33,425 bases of DNA. Origin: Myxococcota bacterium (lineage in GTDB: Bacteria > Myxococcota_A > UBA796 > SXON01). The translations under genes were made by a program, and so were the position numbers. The notes beneath the pieces were generated by a model. The model did no database searches, had not been told where the DNA came from, and worked only from the letters and a program-made list of their open reading frames with translations. This document shows, one piece after another, positions 7,764-17,675 of this stretch. Position 1 is the first letter of the stretch. Each line of letters starts with the position of its first letter. The DNA is taken from NCBI GenBank assembly GCA_040386535.1, contig JAZKFH010000002.1, forward strand, positions 316,967 to 350,391, read 5' to 3'.

Positions 7764-10700
7764 TCACGCGGCCCCCTGGCCGAGATCGCCTGCGTCTTCG
7801 CCCTCGTCGGCCGACAGCAGGTTCCGCGGGATCGACCGCCCCCACCACCAGCGCCCGGCTTCGGCGAGTTCGCCGAACTTCAGCCCGGAGCCGGGCGCGG
7901 CGTCCAGGAACGCCCGCCAGCCGCCCTCGGTCGGCGGGAGCACGGTGACCCCTGCGGTTCCTGCGGCCGCGGCGGCGTTGACGATCCGCAGCCCGGCCGG
8001 CGCGACCACCGGGACCTTTTGGTTCTGGGCGTTGTAGTAGGAGACTCGCGCGAGCGCGCCCACGACGGTCTCGGCCACCTGCGGCCACGTCCGCTCCACC
8101 CAGGCATCAGGCGCGTGCTGCCAGCCGAGGCCGGGCCAGTCGCCGGAGTAGCGGAGCCGGTCGTCCGCGAGCTGCCCGACCGCGCGGACTGCGGCGGGCT
8201 CCTCGTCGGCGGGGAAGCTGGCGACGTAGTGCTCGGGCTTGAGGGCGTTGAACCGCGTGTCGTCGCTCTTGAACAGGCGCCAGGACGCCTCTCCGGCGTT
8301 CCGGGCGGCGATCTGCCCCTCCTTGGTGACCTTCCCGAACTCGACGTACTCGACCTTGCTCGCGTTCCACGCGCTCGGAACGCCCACGCGCAGCCCCTCG
8401 TAGAGCGGACCCCCGCCATCGGGCACGAGCACCGGGTTCTCGCGCACGACCACCGCGGCGGAGGCCCACGGCCACGCCTCGACGTTCACGCGCGTGAGGT
8501 GCTTCAGCCGCTCCTCGGCCTCGCCGCGGAGCCGGGCGGCCTCGATGCCGTCCTTCGTCCGCTCTGCGTTGCGGAAGCGGGCGTTGATGGCGCGGAGGAG
8601 CTTTGACGCCTCGGCCGCGATCTTCTTCTTCGCCTCGCCCTCGCGCTGCGCGCGGACGGCCTCGAGCCGGGCGCGGGTCTGCTCGGGGTTGCGCGAGATG
8701 AGGAGCAGGATCTCCTCGGGCCCCATGTCCATCTGGGCGCCGGGATTATTCGTGTCACGATCCTGCGACTTGAGGAGCTGCGTCATCCAGCCCCGCTTGC
8801 CTTGGATCAGGTTGAACCGGAGCCCGTCCTGCGAGCGGCGCGCGAAGTAGTAGTAGATGGCGATGGCAGAGAGGGTGTTCCCCTGCCGAACGCCACGCCC
8901 GTTGCGTTGCTGGAGCGTGGCGGGCTCCCACGGGAGATCGATGTGGTGGATCGCGCAGGTCCGGGTCTGGAGGTCGATGCCCTCGTAGGCGACGGCGTTG
9001 CAGATCACCACGTCGAACTTCGGCAACGTCCCGGTCTCGGGCTCGCCGTTGAACTCCTTGGCGATCCGCTGGCGGTCGGCCGCGTTGGGCGCGACCTCCG
9101 CGTTGAGCACGCCGATCCGGTTCTCGGCGATGCCCGCGTTGACGAGCACCATCTTGACCCAGCGGTGGGCGGCGATGTTGTCGACGAACACGATGTGCCC
9201 GCACGTCCGGTTCGCGAGCACGCGCTCGGCGAGGGCCTCGAACTTCGGCGAGCTCGGGTCGCTCACCTGGTCCGCGGTCTTCCAGCCGTAGCCCTGGTCG
9301 AGCTGCGCGTGGATGGCGACCAGCGCCATGCGCGCGAGGAGCCCGAGGATCTTGGCCTTGTCCGACGGGTCGTCGGACTTCAGCGCCGCCTCGATCTCGC
9401 GGACGTACCGGTCGTACTTGGCGTCCTGGGCGGCGTCCATGTCGACCTCGACCATCTCGACCTTCGGGTCGGGCAGCTTCAGGCCCACGTCCTCGGCAGT
9501 CTTGAACTCGCCGTAGCGGAGGATGGTGTCGCGCAACTCGTGCAGGTTCTGGAACCCGACGACGGCGCCGCGCTCCTCGACCTCCATGCTCGGTGTCACG
9601 ACGGGCTTAATCTCGATGCGGAGATACCGGTCGATGAACTGCTCGGGGTCGCGGATGCCCATCCGGCGCCAGGCGTTCGGGTCGACGTACTGGATGAGGT
9701 TGTAGAACTCCAGCGGGGAGTTCTTGGCGGGCGTGGCGGACAGGAGGACCACACCAGTCCCGCCCGTGCGCTTCCGCACCGCACCACACCGGAAATCCAA
9801 CTGCCAAGCCCGTTTGGATCCGTCGCCCGGGTTGCCCATGAACCGGGGCACGCCGCCCTCGCGATCCTCGGGCAGGTACAGGTTCTTGTAGTTCTGCGCC
9901 TCGTCCACGATGAGGAGGTCGACGCCGATGTCGTCCCACGCGATGCCGGGGTCGTACTCCCACCCCTCGGTGAGCTCCATCTGCTGCGCGACCCACGCGC
10001 TGATGCCTTCGCGCAGGATGGCCTCGTCGCGCTCGGACAGCTTCTTGCGCTTCGCGGCGTTGCGACGGCGTAGCGCCACCTCGCGCTGGATCGCCTCGGT
10101 CTGCTCGGCGTAGGCGCGCACGGCCTTCTCGTTCATGCGCGTGCGACCGAGCGCGGTGTATGTGAGCAGCACCACGTCGTACTCGCCGGCCTGGAACCGG
10201 GTCCACTTCTCGGCGCGCTCCTGCGGCGTGTCGGTGTCGCTCGTCGCGAGCCCCTTCCGCTCGCCGCGGCTGATGGTCTTCTTCTTCGACCCGATGACCG
10301 CCACCCGGTAATCGGGGAGCGCCGTGGCGAAGTCGTCGTACCACTTCCACACAATGCTGTTCGGGACCAGCACGACGGGACGCTTGCACCAGCCTTCCTG
10401 CCGGGCCCGCGCGAGCACGGCGAGGCCGGTGTAGGTCTTGCCGACGCCGACGTCGAACGCGAGGAGGCCACCGCGGTTGGCGAGGATGCGGCGGGCGCCG
10501 GCGACCTGGTGGGGGTCGAGCCGGATGGGGCGCTCGCCCGTGCGGAGCTCGGCCGCCGCCCGGAAGCCGCGTCCGCGCGTCCACCGCGCGATGGCGAGCG
10601 GCTCGGCGGTGTAGGTCGGCGCGATGTAGCCCCGGAACTGCCGGTTGTAGGCGTTCTCGATGGTGAGGCGCCGTTCGGGCGTCGCACCCGCCCACCCCTT

Positions 10701-12533
10701 GAAGCTGGCGTCCCACTCGGCCGCCTTCTTCATGCGGATCTTGTCGATGTCCTTCTCGTTGTCGTCGTCGAACTTCTTGGACGGCGAGAAGAGCGTCTTG
10801 TCGTGGTTGATCCACCCGACCACGAGCAGCACCTCGGGGTGCAGCTCGCGGTCCTTCTTGTTGAGCTCGTCGTACTGCCAGCCGCGGGGCACGACCAAAC
10901 CGCCCTGGCGGACGAACTCCACGTCGTCGTACCCCGTGTACGTGGCGTTCACCCAGTCCGCGACAAGCTCGAGCGGGAGCCAACCCTGGCGGGCGCTGAC
11001 CCCTTCGATGTCGTCGAAGATCGCGGGCTTGATCACGTCGAGGAGGCGCCGCACCTGCGCCTTCGCCACAGGATCCTCGGGACGGGCCATCGCCCGGTCC
11101 ATCTTCGGCCAGAGCGAGCCGGAGAGGTACACCTCGGCGGGGAACAGCTCGTCCCAACTGTCACCGTCGAGGCACCATCCGGCGGCGAGCACCTTCGCCC
11201 GCACCTGGTCCGGCGCGAACGGGCCGCCGAGGCCGGCGTGGTACTCGAGCAGCTCGCGGACCGAGAGCATCCGCGCGTGGCGGAAGAGGTGCTCGGCTTG
11301 GGCGACCACGTCGTCGGCGCGGCCGTTGAAGCGCGGCTCGACCACGGGGGGCTTCCGGCGGAGGCCCGCGATGAGGTGCCCGGCGCGGTCGAACGCGGAG
11401 AGGAACCGCTCGGCGCCCGTGTTCCCACCACGCGCCAGCTTCACCAGATCGACCATCCCGTGCGGGTTGCCGTGGGTAGTGACCCAGGCGGTGAGCCCCT
11501 CATGGAGCTCCGGCCAGAGGAGCGGCGGCTCCTCGGCGCTCTCGGCGGCGACCAGCGCGAGGTACCGATCGACGCGGAGCCCGAGGAGGCTCGCGCTGGC
11601 GAGCTCGCGCGGGAGGTCGGTGACGTCGGCCTCGCCGGCGCGGGTGACGCCGACGCGGCCCGTCGGCCCGGGTGCCGCCTGACGGGACGGGAACGCGATG
11701 ATCTTGCAGTCGCCGCAGACCGGCCGCTCGACGAGCGCGGGCAACCCGGTGAACTCGCCCTGCACCTGGTACCCCCAGCGCGGCTTCGCGGTCTGGTCGT
11801 CCTCGCCGTGGTCGTCGCCGATCTCGCGGCCGAGGATGTGCCGGGGGTACTCCTTGAAGTAGCCGCCCGCGACAATGCCCGCGTCGGCCGCGTCCACGGC
11901 GTCGAGGTGTCCGCCGCGGGCGCGCAAGAACAGGAGATCGGTGACCAGCATGGCGCCGGGGAAGATTGCGGTGCGGCCGTCCGGACGGACGCTCGGGAGC
12001 CGAAACGCGGCGGCGAGGTGGTGGCGCTGGAGCACCTTTTCGCGGAGCGCGACGAACTGGGCCGTGCGGCTCGTGAGGAACCCGCCGGGGATCAGGAACA
12101 CGCCGAGCCCGGCGGGGGCGAGCAGGTCGAGACCCCGCCGCAGGAAGTAGTGGTAGGCCATCTTCTCGCGGTAGGCGCGGTCGGGATCCTCCGCGATCGA
12201 GGCGCCGCGGATGCCGTAGGGCGGGTTGGACACGACGAGGCCGAGGCGCCCGGAGGCGGCGGGGCCCTTCTCGCGCACCCACCGCTCGAACGGGGCGAGC
12301 ATGAGGTCCACGTCGGGGCGGAGGACGTGGAGCATGCGGGCGGAGAGCTCGGACCACTCGACGGCGTGCCAGGTGATGCCCGGGACGGGCTCGAACGCGC
12401 GCAGGAAGCGGCCGATGCCGGCGGAGGGCTCCAGGGCGTGGACCGTCCCGGCGTCGTGGGGAAGGCCGGCGACGAGCGGACTGACAAGGCGCGCGACTTC
12501 CTTCGCGACCTTGCTCGGCGTGTAGAACTCGTG
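7764..12533 (-). pseudogene. 3' part of an interrupted DarB-like N6-adenine methyltransferase/SNF2 (SF2) helicase fusion
   Basis: Frame is open upstream of the ORF-track start 12335 to the att core: HEFYTP, LEPSAGIG (motif I), SNPPYG (motif IV), FDVGVGKT (Walker A), IVDEAQ (Walker B), LSATP, EGIDLQ, QRNGRGVRQGN. An in-frame TGA at 12564-12566 with no start codon before the core means the insert supplies no new 5' end. Confidence 0.9.
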
Positions 12534-12556
12534 GGAGAGTTTCCTATTGCGTAACC
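12531..12556. other. Left attachment junction, element half: GTGG-GAGAGT-N9-CGTAACC
   Basis: GAGAGT (12535-12540) and CGTAACC (12550-12556) are the reverse complements of ACTCTC and GGTTACG at the right junction. Confidence 0.88.
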
Positions 12557-12615
12557 ATGCGGGTCACGACGCGGGTGGCGCAGTGAGGCCCATCCCAAGG
12601 GCCCGAGCCCTCTAC

Positions 12616-12631
12616 CCTCGCCGCGGCGAGG
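12616..12631. repeat. Perfect 16-bp palindrome CCTCGCCGCGGCGAGG
   Basis: Read directly; lies between the circular-form integrase stop (12586) and the convergent lipoprotein stop (12749). Function unknown. Confidence 0.6.
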
Positions 12632-12748
12632 AGCGAAGCGGAGATGGCCGGGGGCTTAGTTAGTTAGGGGACGCGACCGCGGGATCCCCTCCGCGGACCG
12701 ACGCCCCGTGCACGCGCCGACTGGTTGCGGGCCGCCGGTCGCCTCGAT

Positions 12749-13543
12749 TCAGGGGGCCAGCGTGGTCCCGGACACGTCGTACTCGCGCAGATCCTGACCC
12801 ATCGGGTAGAACGCCAACACGCCGATGCCATCTCCCATGACGTACGGAAGGTCGCTCGCATACCACGACCTGTTGGCTGGCAACCCCGAATCCCCCGCCA
12901 GGTCGATATCTAACGAGACTGGATACGCATCAAAGGGCTCACCGTAGTCGCTAACAATGGACTCGAGACCTCCAATCGAATAGTGCCCTGTCTGCGATAG
13001 CAAAGTTTCCTCATACGCAACAATGTCGGTCCCATCGCAGCCTTGATAGACTACCGTCTCCGTACGTTCGTTCAAATACAAGTCCCATCCCCTCCCGCTT
13101 GCGAATCCAGATTCGGACCACAACTTCTCGGCGGAAGTCATCTGAGCCGTGCCGCCGCCGGGCCACGTCCCAGAGCAATCACCCGGGAAGACAAGAAGCG
13201 TTGCCACCCGAAATACGTCACCCCCTCGACATACGATGTGGTGACGAGTGTAGCTAGACGCACTAGGAACCTGCCGCATTTCAACGGCGTACGTTGCGAT
13301 GCCCTCGTATGTCGAAGTGCCTGCTGCCTGATACTGAAGCATCAGGTCGGCGTACCCCCATTGCCACCAAGCTCCCGTTGTGGAGATAAACCCCCACGAT
13401 CCACAATCTCCGTCGGAATCTCGAAGGTAGTCAAGTGTCACCGGCACCGGGACGTCAGGAGGATCGTCTGTAGACTGGAGTCCCTGCTCGGAACATCCGA
13501 GAACCAGCGACACGACCACCGTGCTAAGATGCCGCCAGGTCAT
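12749..13543 (-). CDS. Putative lipoprotein (cargo)
   Basis: Start ATG 13543 gives MTWRHLSTVVVSLVLG-C, a lipobox-like signal; visibly lower GC; overlaps the upstream gene end by 20 nt. Confidence 0.7.
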   Translation of the reverse strand: MTWRHLSTVVVSLVLGCSEQGLQSTDDPPDVPVPVTLDYLRDSDGDCGSWGFISTTGAWWQWGYADLMLQYQAAGTSTYEGIATYAVEMRQVPSASSYTRHHIVCRGGDVFRVATLLVFPGDCSGTWPGGGTAQMTSAEKLWSESGFASGRGWDLYLNERTETVVYQGCDGTDIVAYEETLLSQTGHYSIGGLESIVSDYGEPFDAYPVSLDIDLAGDSGLPANRSWYASDLPYVMGDGIGVLAFYPMGQDLREYDVSGTTLAP

Positions 13544-15155
13544 CTTCGATCTGCTCGACGTCGTAGTGGTCGTAGACCAACCCACCTCCCGTCAACGAAA
13601 GCCGCCCGTCAATTTGATCCCGAAGCGACTCGACAGTCTGGAGACTGTCTGCGGTGAGGCAACCCCGCGACACCCCCGTGGCCAATTCCGAGGAGCCAAA
13701 CGGCAGATAGGATACTTCCACACCAACCTCAACCTGTTTCCCGAACAGGCAGTCGAAACCGCGACGGGCGAGATCTGTCTCGGTCGCGGATGGCGATCCC
13801 TCAACCCACGTCTCACCAACGACAACACGCCCGAGGAGCGACCACGCGCTTGAGTGTGCGGCGCGAGTGAACGATGCAGTATAGAACCTCTGTGCCGCGA
13901 AATCGGCATAAGCGCCTAAACTGGAGTCGTCAATGTCCGGAGGTCGGGTGTCGTCGACTTCGAGTGAATCGGCGTACTCCGGGTCCGAATGACACGGGAA
14001 AACCCGCTCCACGCGCACGAACGGCCCCGAACACTCGTCTCCAAACTCGGGAATGGACTTCCGGATCACGTAGGCTTTCACGGAGCCAACCATGTCCATG
14101 AACGCTCCCACCCGCCTTGCGTGCCCCCGAAAGTCACTGGGAACGCCGATCGTCCCGTCCTCGTCGACTTCACCGAACACCACGGGGAAGTGCATGATAC
14201 CGACCCAGTAGCGAAACAGCGCCGATTCGGTGACGCCGTCAGACCGGCTGGCCGAGAATCCGCCACCCACCTTCTCATAGGCGGCATACGGCACAACGAC
14301 GTTGGCGATGTACCTTGTGCCATACGTCGCTTCCGAGAACAACGACGCGAACGTTCCTGCGCGCCCCTCCTCACACGCGGCATCGGAGATTCCCATGAAC
14401 ATCCACTGCGCCTTCAAAAGGTCCGCCCGCGTTGAGAAAAAATCCGCGAGTTGGGGCGGAGGACGGGTGGCGGTCCAAAGGGAGCACGGCGCATTCGACG
14501 CTCCAACCGTCCGGGCGGGCGTTCCGATGCCCGCAACACCCGGCGAGATTCCAGTCGGAAAATCTACAGCACCCAGGCCGGACGTACAGGTCAGCAGTTC
14601 GACCGCTGGGCTGCACCGGATCGCACCGACACACTGCTCATCCAAGGGGTCCGTCGGCGCGACGGTAACCTCACAGTCGCCGAGCGAAATGACACCGTCG
14701 TCCTCCGGCTCATCCGGAATGGAGCTAAGTCCGAAGTCTCCCATGCATATAGCGCAGCAAGCTGAAACAGCAATGGTTCCAAAGGGAATGAAAGCTGCGC
14801 AGCCAGGACACTCCTCAATGCAGTCGGAAATGAAAGTCCCCCAGTCGCCTGAAAACTGGGCCCCCGACTCGAAATCGTTCCCAACGCGTTCGACGATCGA
14901 GGCAATGTCTGGCCGAAGATTCGCCGCAACGCGCACTCTACCACGACTCGCACGGGGAGCGACGGTGACATCTATGAAACGTGTTCCCGCCGGGGGACGG
15001 GTACTCAGAACACTTCGCGCCCGACTCCTTCGACGCAAGCCAGCAGGCCGGCCCTCCGGCGCGGCCGTCTTGCCTTGCCCCTTAGCATCACTGCATCCGC
15101 ACCCCTTGGAGGGTGGCGTCGCTGACGAACATCCGCATTCCTGCTCAACGCCCAC
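13524..15155 (-). CDS. Cys-rich hypothetical protein, 543 aa (cargo)
   Basis: GTG 15155 with GGAGG RBS just after the upstream TAG; ECGCS/GCGCS and CIEECPGCAAFIPFGTIAVSACCAIC segments; lower GC. Confidence 0.75.
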   Translation of the reverse strand: MGVEQECGCSSATPPSKGCGCSDAKGQGKTAAPEGRPAGLRRRSRARSVLSTRPPAGTRFIDVTVAPRASRGRVRVAANLRPDIASIVERVGNDFESGAQFSGDWGTFISDCIEECPGCAAFIPFGTIAVSACCAICMGDFGLSSIPDEPEDDGVISLGDCEVTVAPTDPLDEQCVGAIRCSPAVELLTCTSGLGAVDFPTGISPGVAGIGTPARTVGASNAPCSLWTATRPPPQLADFFSTRADLLKAQWMFMGISDAACEEGRAGTFASLFSEATYGTRYIANVVVPYAAYEKVGGGFSASRSDGVTESALFRYWVGIMHFPVVFGEVDEDGTIGVPSDFRGHARRVGAFMDMVGSVKAYVIRKSIPEFGDECSGPFVRVERVFPCHSDPEYADSLEVDDTRPPDIDDSSLGAYADFAAQRFYTASFTRAAHSSAWSLLGRVVVGETWVEGSPSATETDLARRGFDCLFGKQVEVGVEVSYLPFGSSELATGVSRGCLTADSLQTVESLRDQIDGRLSLTGGGLVYDHYDVEQIEDDLAAS

Positions 15156-15171
15156 GACGCCTCCAAGATAC

Positions 15172-15567
15172 CTAGAACGGCTTTCCACCGACGTAAATGT
15201 CACAGTCCACGTACTGCTCCGTGGCCGCGGGAACGGCATTGTCCAGCACGCCGATGACCACCTGGAAGTAGGGGTAGTTCGTGCCCACCGCCGAGCCGGT
15301 CACCGTCTGCGGGAGCACGGCGTTGATCTGCGTGCCGGGGATCGGCGACGCGGCAGCTACCAGTGCGTTCTCGTCTGCGCTCGCGCCGACGTTGAGGTAG
15401 AGCTTCACCTTGGCGTTCGCACTGCTCCGCCCGGTCACCACGACGGAGGAGAGGAGGTCCTTGACCTGCAACCCCCACTTCTGAACCGGCATAACGAACT
15501 TTCGCTCGCCGCCGGATCCATCCGAGTAAAAGCGACCACTACCTACCTTCATCCAGATTGAAGACAC
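15172..15567 (-). CDS. Small beta-strand-rich protein (131 aa), probable homologue of 26682..27098
   Basis: GTG 15567 with GGAG RBS; alternating hydrophobic strands (VKLYLNVG, YPYFQVVIG, VDCDIYVGGKPF). Confidence 0.75.
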   Translation of the reverse strand: MSSIWMKVGSGRFYSDGSGGERKFVMPVQKWGLQVKDLLSSVVVTGRSSANAKVKLYLNVGASADENALVAAASPIPGTQINAVLPQTVTGSAVGTNYPYFQVVIGVLDNAVPAATEQYVDCDIYVGGKPF

Positions 15568-15577
15568 GCTTGCACTC

Positions 15578-15619
15578 CAAGAGCCTGAGGATATTAGCGG
15601 AGGCTCTTGCGCGCTGCAA
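15578..15619 (-). promoter_or_regulatory. Putative sigma70-type promoter TTGCAG-N17-TAATAT overlapped by a 9-bp inverted repeat
   Basis: -35 at 15614-15619, -10 at 15591-15596 (minus strand); CAAGAGCCT (15578-15586) and AGGCTCTTG (15601-15609) bracket the -10. Confidence 0.6.
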
Positions 15620-15720
15620 GGGGTTTGCGATGTCTCGGCGAGACTCGCCAAGCGGCGCCGCCTGCGATCAGGTTCGCAGGTGTAGCCCTCGCCCGCACGC
15701 CAACATCGGCCCTCCGCGCG

Positions 15721-16245
15721 TCAGCGTGGCTGTCCGCCCGATTGACCCCCAACCGCCCGCTCCGCCGACGCCAGTCCCGCCCGCAGCACATACTCCCACG
15801 CCCCCGCAGTCGTTCGCAGCCGTAGGCGCTCCTTCATCGCTTGCAAGCGCCGGTAGAGCGCCGGATCCACTCGCGCACATACGTCCTTCCGGCCGGGCGC
15901 TACTGCGTCGTAGGTCAGCGGGTTGCCGATGGCCTCGACCAACCACGCGGGCACGCCGCTGGCGGCTGGGGGCACCATTTCAAGGCGGGCGAGAATCGCC
16001 ACGAGCAGCGCCGTCGGCACCTCCTCGGTGCCCCGCGGCGCCTCGGTCCGGCGACGCGCGGCAACGCGCAGCCGGACGGGCGCGGTCTCGCTGGGTCCTT
16101 CCTCGACCACCGGAACGACCTCCGCCTGCTCAACCGTCCCCGCGCTCACCCCCTCCCACTCCACCGGCCCCGCCGCCCAAAGCGTCCCCGACCCTCGGCG
16201 CTCTGCTGCATCGGCCTCAGCGCGGGCGCGGGCCGGATCAAGCAT
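15721..16245 (-). CDS. ParG-like protein with a C-terminal ribbon-helix-helix-like segment
   Basis: ATG 16245 overlaps the parA stop; RKDVCARVDPALYRRLQAMKERLRLRTTAGAWEYVLRAGL fits a strand-helix-helix pattern. Confidence 0.55.
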   Translation of the reverse strand: MLDPARARAEADAAERRGSGTLWAAGPVEWEGVSAGTVEQAEVVPVVEEGPSETAPVRLRVAARRRTEAPRGTEEVPTALLVAILARLEMVPPAASGVPAWLVEAIGNPLTYDAVAPGRKDVCARVDPALYRRLQAMKERLRLRTTAGAWEYVLRAGLASAERAVGGQSGGQPR

Positions 16246-17059
16246 CGTCGTCCCACCCACGGATGTGCGCCTGGGCTGGCCCGGCCGGCGCGAGCGGCGG
16301 CAGCGCGCTCCCCGGGCGAGCGCGCTCCCAGGCCAGCCCCGCCAGCGACTCAACACCGCGCAGGAAGTCGAGCGTCGCCCCGCGCCGCGGAAGGGTCCAG
16401 ACGGACTGCCCGCGGTTGAGCGCCTCGCGCACCTCAGCCGTCCGTGGCAGCGGGTCGGGCAGGTACCTCAGGCCGTCGGAGCGGTTCGACGCCTCGGCGA
16501 TCACTCCGGCGTCGTGCGCCCACTCGGCTTTCGGCACGCGGTCGATCCGCACCAGGACGACCTCCGTGTTGGCGGGCGTAGCCCGGAGCATCCGGATCAG
16601 GTTCGCAGAGGCGTCGTCGCCGTCGGTGGGGGTGAGCAGGAGCACCCCCGGCAGGCAGCCGCCCTTCTTGATCGGCGGCGTGTCCACCACGATGCCGTCG
16701 AACCGCCCGAAGCGGCCGGGCCCGGAGCGGTAGAGCACGTCCACTGCGTGCGGCCCGGCGAGGCCGACCACGGTGACGGTTCCGGCGCCACGATGCACGC
16801 GCGCCACGTCGGGGTCCGCCTCGGAGATGCCGAGCCGGCGACGCGCGTCGAGCTGGTCGTCGGTGACCAGGTACAGCACGGCCAGCCCGGCGAAGGCGAG
16901 GCGCTCGGCGATGCTCGCGGAGAGGCACGTCTTCCAGACGCCGCCCTTCCAGGAGGAGACGACGATCGTTGGGAGGCGCGGGATGGCGGTGTCGCTGGCG
17001 GACTCCGCAAGAACGGGGAGGGTCGGCACGGCGCGGGGAGGGTTGGAGGGGCGGGTCAT
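16238..17059 (-). CDS. parA: ParA-family ATPase with variant Walker A
   Basis: IVVSSWKGGVWKT (deviant Walker A), VTDDQLDA (A' region), IVVDTPP (Walker B). Confidence 0.85.
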   Translation of the reverse strand: MTRPSNPPRAVPTLPVLAESASDTAIPRLPTIVVSSWKGGVWKTCLSASIAERLAFAGLAVLYLVTDDQLDARRRLGISEADPDVARVHRGAGTVTVVGLAGPHAVDVLYRSGPGRFGRFDGIVVDTPPIKKGGCLPGVLLLTPTDGDDASANLIRMLRATPANTEVVLVRIDRVPKAEWAHDAGVIAEASNRSDGLRYLPDPLPRTAEVREALNRGQSVWTLPRRGATLDFLRGVESLAGLAWERARPGSALPPLAPAGPAQAHIRGWDDDA

Positions 17060-17109
17060 ATGATCGTCCTATGGAGAATGCGTGGCAGGCACGCGGATTT
17101 TTGGGATGG

Positions 17110-17304
17110 TCATGGGTCGGCCATATGGAGGCCGGGGGGGTCGAGAGGCACCGTGGCGCCGTTGATCGGCGCGGGCGCATCGGCTGGAGTCGCGGACCGG
17201 GCGGCCCCGAGGAGCACGCCGGCGACGCGGCGTCGCGCTTCCGCGGCACCCGGTCCGGCCGGGACGAAGACGACGCGGACGACGAGCCGCGCGCTACGCG
17301 ACAT
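17110..17304 (-). CDS. Small basic hypothetical protein, candidate recombination directionality factor
   Basis: 64 aa, overlaps the end of the Cro-like gene, lies in the cro-parA operon; function inferred from position only. Confidence 0.4.
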   Translation of the reverse strand: MSRSARLVVRVVFVPAGPGAAEARRRVAGVLLGAARSATPADAPAPINGATVPLDPPGLHMADP

Positions 17305-17578
17305 GGGGCACCCCGTCGTCGGGCTCCTCAGGCGGGGCGCGCCAGAGGTCCTCGGGCGGGAGCTCCGAGAAGGGTGCGTTCGCGAGCAGCCGTCGTCGGA
17401 CCTTCGGAGACAGGGCCCGGCGCCCGGCGAGGAGCTGCGAGAAGTACGAGCGCGAGACGCCGAGCGTCGCGGCCCCCTCCGTGATCGTCATGTTGCGACG
17501 TCCGAGGAGGGCGCGCACGCGGTTTCCGCGGAGGAGGTACGCCCGGCGAGGAACGATGGGATGTGAAGTGGTAATCAT
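17294..17578 (-). CDS. Cro-like XRE helix-turn-helix protein (94 aa)
   Basis: MTITEGAATLGVSRSYFSQLLAGRR HTH; divergent from the repressor; start ATG 17578. Confidence 0.8.
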   Translation of the reverse strand: MITTSHPIVPRRAYLLRGNRVRALLGRRNMTITEGAATLGVSRSYFSQLLAGRRALSPKVRRRLLANAPFSELPPEDLWRAPPEEPDDGVPHVA

Positions 17579-17583
17579 GTGTC

Positions 17584-17655
17584 CATCGTCGCACGATGTG
17601 TCCGACCCGTCCACAGCCTTGCGCGGCACGCCGAGAAGTTGTGTACTTTTCGGCG
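17584..17655. promoter_or_regulatory. Divergent control region with two dyads (candidate operators)
   Basis: CATCGT-N3-ACGATG (17584-17598) and CGCCGAGAAGT-N5-ACTTTTCGGCG (17629-17655, 1 mismatch). Confidence 0.55.
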
Positions 17656-17675
17656 CAGGCGGGGTAGGGTAGCGC

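Noticed and set aside
7764..12335. ORF-track 1523-aa protein as a complete gene
   Set aside because: It lacks MTase motif I and FYTP, which lie in frame upstream; the true 5' end is at 20318.
8802..12554. ORFs 8802..10073, 9607..11157 and 10509..12554
   Set aside because: Shadows of the helicase gene; no motifs.
12656..12670. TTAG repeats as telomere-like sequence
   Set aside because: Only three units, internal to a bacterial element.
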